From NCBI RefSeq assembly GCF_009914755.1, contig NC_060936.1: a stretch of 64,000 nucleotides of DNA. One strand, 5' to 3'. The notes below the pieces were generated by a model. That model did no database searches and was not told where the DNA came from. It was given only the letters and a program-made list of their open reading frames with translations. The DNA comes from the human T2T-CHM13v2.0 reference genome, Homo sapiens. Both the position numbers and the translations under genes were made by a program. This document shows positions 54,201 through 64,000 of the stretch, in pieces (the stretch's first letter is position 1; the number at the start of each line of letters is the position of its first letter).

Positions 54201-57200
54201 AAGTTACTGAGAATTCTTCTGTGGAACATTACTTGAAGAAATCCCGTTTCCAACGAAGGCCTCAAAGAGGTCCAAATATCCACTTGCAGACATTACAAAC
54301 AGAGTGTTTCCAAACTGCTCCATCAAAAGAAAGGTTAAACTCTGTGAGCTGAACACACACATCAAAAAGAAGTTTCTGTGAATGATTCTGTCTAGATTTT
54401 ATAAGAAGATGTTTCCTTTTCTACCGTAGGCCTCAAAGCGCTTGAAATCTCCAGCTGCAAATTCCACAAAAAGGGTGTTTAACATCTGCTCTTCTAAAGG
54501 AAAGTTCAACTCTATGAGTTGAATACACACAGCACAAAGAAGTTACTGAGACTTGTCCTATCAAACATTATATGAAGAAATCCCGTTTCCAACGAAGGCC
54601 TCAAAGAGGTCCAAATATCTGCTTGCAGACTTTACAGACAGAGTGTTTCCAAACTGCTCCATCAAAAGAAAGGTTAACCTCCTTGAGTTGAACACACACG
54701 TCACAAAGAAGTTTCTGTGAATGATTCTGTCTAGTTTTTATACGAAGATGTTTCCTTTTCTACCTTTGGTCTCAAAGCGATTGAAATCTCCACATGGAAA
54801 CTCCACAAAAAGAGTGTTTCAAATCTGCTCTTTCTGAAGGAAGGTTCATCTCTGTGAGTTGAATACACACACCACAAATAAGTTACTGAGAATTCTTCTG
54901 TGTAACATTATATGAGGAAATCCCGTTTCCAACGAAGGCCTCAAAGAGGTCCAAATATCCACTTGCAGACTTTACAAAGACAGTGTCTCCAAACTCCTCC
55001 ATCAAAAGAAAGGTTATACTCTGTGAATTGAACGCACACATCACAAAGTAGTTTCTGAGAATGATTCTGTCTAGTTTTTATACGAAGATATTTCCTTTTC
55101 TACATTTGGCCTAAAAGCGCTTGAAATCTCCACCTGCAAATATCACAAAAAGAGGGTTTCACATCTGCTCTGTCTAAAGGACAGTTCACCTCTGTGAGTT
55201 GAATAGAGGCAACACAAAGAACTTACTCAGTATTCTTCTTTCTAGCGTTCTATGAAGAAATCCCGTTTCCAACGAAGGCCCTAAAGAGGTCCAAATATCT
55301 GCTTGCAGACTTTACAGACAGAGTGTTTCCAAACTACTCTATGAAAAGAAAGCTTAAACTCCTTGAGTTGAACGCACACATCACAAAGTAGTTTCTGAGA
55401 ATGATTCTGTCTAGTTTTTATACGAAGATGTTTCCTTTTCTACATTTGGTCTCAAAGCGATTGAAATCTCCAACTGGAAACTGCACAAATAGGGTGTTTC
55501 AAATCTGCTCTGTCTAAAGGAAGGTTCAACTCTGTGAGTTGAATACACACACCACAAATAAGTTACTGAGAATTCTTCTGTCGAACATTACTTGAAGAAA
55601 TCCGGTTTCCAACGAAGGCCTCAAAGAGGTCCAAATATCCACTTGCAGACATTACAAACAGAGTGTTTCCAACCTGCTCCATCAAAAGAAAGGTTAAACT
55701 CTGTGAGCTGAACACACACATCAAAAAGAAGTTTCTGTGAATGATTCTGTCTAGATTTTATAAGAAGATGTTTCCTTTTCTACCGTAGGCCTCAAAGCGC
55801 TTGAAATCTCCAGCTGCAAATTCCACAAAAAGGGTGTTTAACATCTGCTCTTCTAAAGGAAAGTTCAACTCTATGAGTTGAATACACACAGCACAAAGAA
55901 GTTACTGAGACTTCTCCTATCAAACATTATATGAAGAAATCCCGTTTCCAACGAAGGCCTCAAAGAGGTCCAAATATCTGCTTGCAGACTTTACAGACAG
56001 AGTGTTTCCAAACTGCTCCATCAAAAGAAAGGTTAAACTCCTTGAGTTGAACACACACATCACAAAGTAGTTTCTGTGAATGATTCTGTCTAGTTTTTAT
56101 ACGAAGATGTTTCCTTTTCTACCTTTGGTCTCAATGCGATTGAAATCTCCACATGGAAACTCCACAAAAAGAGTGTTTCAAATCTGCTCTTTCTGAAGGA
56201 AGGTTCAACTCTGTGAGTTGAATACACACACCACAAATAAGTTACTGAGAATTCTTCTGTGTAACATTATATGAGGAAATCCCGTTTCCAACGAAGGCCT
56301 CAAAGAGATCCAAATATCCACTTGCAGACTTTACAAAGACAGTGTCTCCAAACTCCTCCATCAAAAGAAAGGTTATACTCTGTGAATTGAACGCACACAT
56401 CACAAAGTAGTTTCTGAGAATGATTCTGTCTAGTTTTTATACGAAGATATTTCCTTTTCTACATTTGGCCTAAAAGCGCTTGAAATCTCCACCTGCAAAT
56501 ATCACAAAAAGAGGGTTTCACATCTGCTCTGTCTAAAGGACAGTTCACCTCTGTGAGTTGAATAGAGACAACACAAAGAACTTACTCAGTATTCTTCTTT
56601 CTAGCGTTCTATGAAGAAATCCCGTTTCCAACGAAGGCCCCAAAGAGGTCCAAATATCTGCTTGCAGACTTTACAGACAGAGTGTTTCCAAACTACTCTA
56701 TGAAAAGAAAGCTTAAACTCCTTGAGTTGAACGCACACATCACAAAGTAGTTTCTGAGAATGATTCTGTCTAGTTTTTATACGAAGATGTTTCCTTTTCT
56801 ACGTTTGGTCTCAAAGCGATTGAAATCTCCAACTGGAAACTGCACAAATAGGCTGTTTCAAATCTGCTCTGTCTAAAGGAAGGTTCAACTCTGTGAGTTG
56901 AATACACACACCACAAATAAGTTACTGAGAATTCTTCTGTCGAACATTACTTGAAGAAATCCCGTTTCCAACGAAGGCCTCAAAGAGGTCCAAATATCCA
57001 CTTGCAGACATTACAAACAGATTGTTTCCAACCTGCTCCATCAAAAGAAAGGTTAAACTCTGTGAGCTGAACACACACATCAAAAAGAAGTTTCTGTGAA
57101 TGATTCTGTCTAGATTTTATAAGAAGATATTTCCTTTTCTACCGTAGGCCTCAAAGCGCTTGAAATCTCCACCTGCAAATTCCACAAAAAGGGTGTTTAA

Positions 57201-59105
57201 CATCTGCTCTTCTAAAGGAAAGTTCAACTCTATGAGTTGAATACACACAGCACAAAGAAGTTACTGAGACTTCTCCTATCAAACATTATATGAAGAAATC
57301 CCGTTTCCAACGAAGGCCTCAAAGAGGTCCAAATATCTGCTTGCAGACTTTACAGACAGAGTGTTTCCAAACTGCTCCATCAAAAGAAAGGTTAAACTCC
57401 TTGAGTTGAACACACACATCACAAAGTAGTTTCTGTGAATGATTCTGTCCAGTTTTTATACGAAGATGTTTCCTTTTCTACCTTTGGTCTCAAAGCTATT
57501 GAAATCTCCACATGGAAACTCCACAAAAAGAGTGTTTCAAATCTGCTCTTTCTGAAGGAAGGTTCATCTCTGTGAGTTGAATACACACACCACAAATAAG
57601 TTACTGAGAATTCTTCTGTGTAACATTATATGAGGAAATCCCGTTTCCAACGAAGGCCTCAAAGAGATCCAAATATCCACTTGCAGACTTTACAAAGACA
57701 GTGTCTCCAAACTCCTCCATCAAAAGAAAGGTTATACTCCGTGAATTGAACGCACACATCACAAAGTAGTTTCTGAGAATGATTCTGTCTAGTTTTTATA
57801 CGAAGATATTTCCTTTTCTACATTTGGCCTAAAAGCGCTTGAAATCTCCACCTGCAAATATCACAAAAAGAGGGTTTCACATCTGCTCTGTCTGAAGGAC
57901 AGTTCACCTCTGTGAGTTGAATAGAGGCAACACAAAGAACTTACTCAGTATTCTTCTTTCTAGCGTTCTATGAAGAAATCCCGTTTCCAACGAAGGCCCC
58001 AAAGAGGTCCAAATATCTGCTTGCAGACTTTACAGACAGAGTGTTTCCAAACTACTCTATGAAAAGAAAGCTTAAACTCCTTGAGTTGAACGCACACATC
58101 ACAAAGTAGTTTCTGAGAATGATTCTGTCTAGTTTTTATACGAAGATGTTTCCTTTTCTACATTTGGTCTCAAAGCGATTGAAATCTCCAACTGGAAACT
58201 CCACAAAAAGAGTGTTTCAAATCTGCTCTGTCTAAAGGAAGGTTCAACTCTGTGAGTTGAATACACACACCACAAATAAGTTACTGAGAATTCTTCTGTC
58301 GAACATTACTTGAAGAAATCCCGTTTCCAACGAAGGCCTCAAAGAGGTCCAAATATCCACTTGCAGACATTACAAACAGAGTGTTTCCAAACTGCTCCAT
58401 CAAAAGAAAGGTTAAACTCTGTGAGCTGAACACACACATCAAAAAGAAGTTTCTGTGAATGATTCTGTCTAGATTTTATAAGAAGATGTTTCCTTTTCTA
58501 CCGTAGGCCTCAAAGCGCTTGAAATCTCCAGCTGCAAATTCCACAAAAAGGGTGTTTAACATCTGCTCTTCTAAAGGAAAGTTCAACTCTATGAGTTGAA
58601 TACACACAGCATAAAGAAGTTACTGAGACTTCTCCTATCAAACATTATATGAAAAAATCCCATTTCCAACGAAGGCCTCAAAGAGGTCCAAATATCTGCT
58701 TGCAGACTTTACAGACAGAGTGTTTCCAAACTGCTCCATCAAAAGAAAGGTTAACCTCCTGAGTTGAACACACACATCACAAAGTAGTTTCTGTGAATGA
58801 TTCTGTCTAGTTTTTATACGAAGATGTTTCCTTTTCTACCTTTGGTCTCAAAGCGATTGAAATCTCCACATGGAAACTCCACAAAAAGAGTGTTTCAAAT
58901 CTGCTCTTTCTGAAGGAAGGTTCATCTTTGTGAGTTGAATACACACACCACAAATAAGTTACTGAGAATTCTTCTGTGTAACATTATATGAGGAAATCCC
59001 GTTTCCAACGAAGGCCTCAAAGAGGTCCAAATATCCACTTGCAGACTTTACAAAGACAGTGTCTCCAAACTCCGCCATCAAAAGAAAGGTTATACTCTGT
59101 GAATT

Positions 59106-60125
59106 GAACGCACACATCACAAAGTAGTTTCTGAGAATGATTCTGTCTAGTTTTTATACGAAGATATTTCCTTTTCTACATTTGGCCTAAAAGCGCTTGA
59201 AATCTCCACCTGCAAATATCACAAAAAGAGGGTTTCACATCTGCTCTGTCTAAAGGACAGTTCACCTCTGTGAGTTGAATAGAGGCAACACAAAGAACTT
59301 ATTCAGTATTCTTCTTTCTAGCGTTCTATGAAGAAATCCCGTTTCCAACGAAGGCCCCAAAGAGGTCCAAATATCTGCTTGCAGACTTTACAGACAGAGT
59401 GTTTCCAAACTACTCTATGAAAAGAAAGCTTAAACTCCTTGAGTTGAACGCACACATCACAAAGTAGTTTCTGAGAATGATTCTGTCTAGTTTTTATACG
59501 AAGATGTTTCCTTTTCTACATTTGGTCTCAAAGCGATTGAAATCTCCAACTGGAAACTGCACAAATAGGGTGTTTCAAATCTGCTCTGTCTAAAGGAAGG
59601 TTCAACTCTGTGAGTTGAATACACACACCACAAATAAGTTACTGAGAATTCTTCTGTCGAACATTACTTGAAGAAATTCCGTTTCCAACGAAGGCCTCAA
59701 AGAGGTCCAAATATCCACTTGCAGACATTACAAACAGAGTGTTTCCAAACTGCTCCATGAAAAGAAAGGTTAAACTCTGTGAGCTGAACACACACATCAA
59801 AAAGAAGTTTCTGTGAATGATTCTGTCTAGTTTTTATACGAAGATGTTTCCTTTTCTACCTTTGGTCTCAAAGCGATTGAAATCTCCACATGGAAACTCC
59901 ACAAAAAGAGTGTTTCAAATCTGCTCTTTCTGAAGGAAGGTTCAACTCTGTGAGTTGAATACACACACCACAAATAAGTTACTGAGAATTCTTCTGTGTA
60001 ACATTATATGAGGAAATCCCGTTTCCAACGAAGGCCTCAAAGAGGTCCAAATATCCACTTGCAGACTTTACAAAGACAGTGTCTCCAAACTCCTCCATCA
60101 AAAGAAAGGTTATACTCTGTGAATT
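59106..60125 (-). repeat. 6-monomer variant HOR (A-B-[C/D fusion], 1020 bp)
   Basis: The dimer starting at 59786 begins C-type (atcaaaaagaag) and is D-type from 59831 (tctagtttttatacg...ctttgg...acatgg). It has no XbaI or PvuII site. Confidence 0.95.
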
Positions 60126-63100
60126 GAACGCACACATCACAAAGTAGTTTCTGAGAATGATTCTGTCTAGTTTTTATACGAAGATATTTCCTTTTCTACA
60201 TTTGGCCTAAAAGCGCTTGAAATCTCCACCTGCAAATATCACAAAAAGAGGGTTTCACATCTGCTCTGTCTAAAGGACAGTTCACCTCTGTGAGTTGAAT
60301 AGAGGCAACACAAAGAACTTATTCAGTATTCTTCTTTCTAGCATTCTATGAAGAAATCCCGTTTCCAACGAAGGCCCCAAAGAGGTCCAAATATCTGCTT
60401 GCAGACTTTACAGACAGAGTGTTTCCAAACTACTCTATGAAAAGAAAGCTTAAACTCCTTGAGTTGAACGCACACATCACAAAGTAGTTTCTGAGAATGA
60501 TTCTGTCTAGTTTTTATACGAAGATGTTTCCTTTTCTACATTTGGTCTCAAAGCGATTGAAATCTCCAACTGGAAACTGCACAAATAGGGTGTTTCAAAT
60601 CTGCTCTGTCTAAAGGAAGGTTCAACTCTGTGAGTTGAATACACACACCACAAATAAGTTACTGAGAATTCTTCTGTCGAACATTACTTGAAGAAATTCC
60701 GTTTCCAAAGAAGGCCTCAAAGAGGTCCAAATATCCACTTGCAGACATTACAAACAGAGTGTTTCCAAACTGCTCCATGAAAAGAAAGGTTAAACTCTGT
60801 GAGCTGAACACACACATCAAAAAGAAGTTTCTGTGAATGATTCTGTCTAGATTTTATAAGAAGATGTTTCCTTTTCTACCGTAGGCCTCAAAGCGCTTGA
60901 AATCTCCAGCTGCAAATTCCACAAAAAGGGTGTTTAACATCTGCTCTTCTAAAGGAAAGTTCAACTCTATGAGTTGAATACACACAGCACAAAGAAGTTA
61001 CTGAGACTTCTCCTATCAAACATTATATGAAGAGATCCCGTTTCCAACGAAGGCCTCAAAGAGGTCCAAATATCTGCTTGCAGACTTTACAGACAGAGTG
61101 TTTCCAAACTGCTCCATCAAAAGAAAGGTTAACCTCCTTGAGTTGAACACACACATCACAAAGTAGTTTCTGTGAATGATTCTGTCTAGTTTTTATACGA
61201 AGATGTTTCCTTTTCTACCTTTGGTCTCAAAGCGATTGAAATCTCCACATGGAAACTCCACAAAAAGAGTGTTTCAAATCTGCTCTTTCTGAAGGAAGGT
61301 TCACCTCTGTGAGTTGAATACACACACCACAAATAAGTTACTGAGAATTCTTCTGTGTAACATTATATGAGGAAATCCCGTTTCCAACGAAGGCCTCAAA
61401 GAGGTCCAAATATCCACTTGCAGACCTTACAAAGACAGTGTCTCCAAACTCCTCCATCAAAAGAAAGGTTATACTCTGTGAATTGAACGCACACATCACA
61501 AAGTAGTTTCTGAGAATGATTCTGTCTAGTTTTTATACGAAGATATTTCCTTTTCTACATTTGGCCTAAAAGTGCTTGAAATCTCCACCTGCAAATATCA
61601 CAAAAAGAGGGTTTCACATCTGCTCTGTCTAAAGGACAGTTCACCTCTGTGAGTTGAATAGAGGCAACACAAAGAACTTACTCAGTATTCTTCTTTCTAG
61701 CGTTATATGAAGAAATCCCGTTTCCAACGAAGGCCCCAAAGAGGTCCAAATATCTGCTTGCAGACTTTACAGACAGAGTGTTTCCAAACTACTCTATGAA
61801 AAGAAAGCTTAAACTCCTTGAGTTGAACGCACACATCACAAAGTAGTTTCTGAGAATGATTCTGTCTAGTTTTTATACGAAGATGTTTCCTTTTCTACAT
61901 TTGGTCTCAAAGCGATTGAAATCTCCAACTGGAAACTGCACAAATAGGGTGTTTCAAATCTGCTCTGTCTAAAGGAAGGTTCAACTCTGTGAGTTGAATA
62001 CACACACCACAAATAAGTTACTGAGAATTCTTCTGTCGAACATTACTTGAAGAAATCCCGTTTCCAACGAAGGCCTCAAAGAGGTCCAAATATCCACTTG
62101 CAGACATTACAAACAGAGTGTTTCCAAACTGCTCCATCAAAAGAAAGGTTAAACTCTGTGAGCTGAACACACACATCAAAAAGAAGTTTCTGTGAATGAT
62201 TCTGTCTAGATTTTATAAGAAGATGTTTCCTTTTCTACCGTAGGCCTCAAAGCGCTTGAAATCTCCAGCTGCAAATTCCACAAAAAGGGTGTTTAACATC
62301 TGCTCTTCTAAAGAAAAGTTCAACTCTATGAGTTGAATACACACAGCACAAAGAAGTTACTGAGACTTCTCCTATCAAACATTATATGAAGAAATCCCGT
62401 TTCCAACGAAGGCCTCAAAGAGGTCCAAATATCTGCTTGCAGACTTTACAGACAGAGTGTTTCCAAACTGCTCCATCAAAAGAAAGGTTAAACTCCTTGA
62501 GTTGAACACACACATCACAAAGTAGTTTCTGTGAATGATTCTGTCTAGTTTTTATACGAAGATGTTTCCTTTTCTACCTTTGGTCTCAAAGCGATTGAAA
62601 TCTCCACATGGAAACTCCACAAAAAGAGTGTTTCAAATCTGCTCTTTCTGAAGGAAGGTTCATCTCTGTGAGTTGAATACACACACCACAAATAAGTTAC
62701 TGAGAATTCTTCTGTGTAACATTATATGAGGAAATCCCGTTTCCAACGAAGGCCACAAAGAGATCCAAATATCCACTTGCAGACTTTACAAAGACAGTGT
62801 CTCCAAACTCCTCCATCAAAAGAAAGGTTATACTCCGTGAATTGAACGCACACATCACAAAGTAGTTTCTGAGAATGATTCTGTCTAGTTTTTATACGAA
62901 GATATTTCCTTTTCTACATTTGGCCTAAAAGCGCTTGAAATCTCCACCTGCAAATATCACAAAAAGAGGGTTTCACATCTGCTCTGTCTGAAGGACAGTT
63001 CACCTCTGTGAGTTGAATAGAGGCAACACAAAGAACTTACTCAGTATTCTTCTTTCTAGCGTTCTATGAAGAAATCCCGTTTCCAACGAAGGCCCCAAAG

Positions 63101-64000
63101 AGGTCCAAATATCTGCTTGCAGACTTTACAGACAGAGTGTTTCCAAACTACTCTATGAAAAGAAAGCTTAAACTCCTTGAGTTGAACGCACACATCACAA
63201 AGTAGTTTCTGAGAATGATTCTGTCTAGTTTTTATACGAAGATGTTTCCTTTTCTACATTTGGTCTCAAAGTGATTGAAATCTCCAACTGGAAACTCCAC
63301 AAAAAGAGTGTTTCAAATCTGCTCTGTCTAAAGGAAGGCTCAACTCTGTGAGTTGAATACACACACCACAAATAAGTTACTGAGAATTCTTCTGTCGAAC
63401 ATTACTTGAAGAAATCCCGTTTCCAACGAAGGCCTCAAAGAGGTCCAAATATCCACTTGCAGACATTACAAACAGAGTGTTTCCAAACTGCTCCATCAAA
63501 AGAAAGGTTAAACTCTGTGAGCTGAACACACACATCAAAAAGAAGTTTCTGTGAATGATTCTGTCTAGATTTTATAAGAAGATGTTTCCTTTTCTACCGT
63601 AGGCCTCAAAGCGCTTGAAATCTCCAGCTGCAAATTCCACAAAAAGGGTGTTTAACATCTGCTCTTCTAAAGGAAAGTTCAACTCTATGAGTTGAATACA
63701 CACAGCATAAAGAAGTTACTGAGACTTCTCCTATCAAACATTATATGAAGAAATCCCGTTTCCAACGAAGGCCTCAAAGAGGTCCAAATATCTGCTTGCA
63801 GACTTTACAGACAGAGTGTTTCCAAACTGCTCCATCAAAAGAAAGGTTAACCTCCTGAGTTGAACACACACATCACAAAGTAGTTTCTGTGAATGATTCT
63901 GTCTAGTTTTTATACGAAGATGTTTCCTTTTCTACCTTTGGTCTCAAAGCGATTGAAATCTCCACATGGAAACTCCACAAAAAGAGTGTTTCAAATCTGC

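Larger units (their letters stand above)
1..64000 (-). repeat. Alpha-satellite higher-order repeat array, 8-monomer 1359-bp HOR, dimeric suprachromosomal family 1; ~47 HOR copies
   Basis: Continuous ~170-bp alphoid monomers with a 340-bp dimer period and a 1359-bp near-identity period (1, 1360, 2719, 4078...). The CENP-B box complement tcccgtttccaacgaag recurs every ~340 bp. No interruptions and one orientation throughout. Confidence 0.99.

Noticed and set aside
1-64000. Protein-coding or RNA genes
   Set aside because: Every base is accounted for by alphoid monomers. Any short ORF would be a repeat artefact with no recognisable homology.
1-64000. L1/Alu insertion or array inversion
   Set aside because: HOR start arithmetic is continuous across the window. 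I saw no poly-A tails, GC-rich inserts or plus-strand CENP-B boxes.
1-64000. Calling this window the active kinetochore (CENP-A) site
   Set aside because: This is epigenetic and cannot be read from sequence. It needs methylation or CENP-A data.

Overview
All 64 kb is primate (most likely human) centromeric alpha-satellite in a single orientation, with CENP-B boxes on the minus strand. I see no genes, RNA genes, CRISPR arrays, transposon insertions or inversions. The ~170-bp monomers form ~340-bp dimers (suprachromosomal family 1 type, one CENP-B box per dimer). Four distinguishable dimers, called A, B, C and D here (340+340+339+340 bp), make a 1359-bp 8-monomer higher-order repeat (HOR). One HindIII and one PvuII site per HOR point to the chromosome 12 array D12Z3; this assignment is recalled, not aligned. 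I count 46 complete HORs plus one partial, starting at 1, 1360, 2719, 4078, 5437, 6796, 8155, 9514, 10873, 12232, 13591, 14950, 16309, 17668, 19024, 20383, 21742, 23099, 24458, 25817, 27174, 28533, 29892, 31249, 32608, 33967, 35324, 36683, 38042, 39741, 41100, 42459, 43818, 45177, 46536, 48235, 49594, 50953, 52312, 53671, 55030, 56389, 57748, 59106, 60126, 61485 and 62844 (HOR1-47). I found no new gene system. The interesting signal is in the variants: nested super-repeats (10872, 4075 x5, 8494, 2718 and 5096 bp), two 10-mer and one 6-mer HOR variants with mappable junctions, several apparent gene-conversion tracts, and CENP-B-box-disrupting mutations concentrated in one dimer (B). All variant calls were read by eye and need confirming by alignment.
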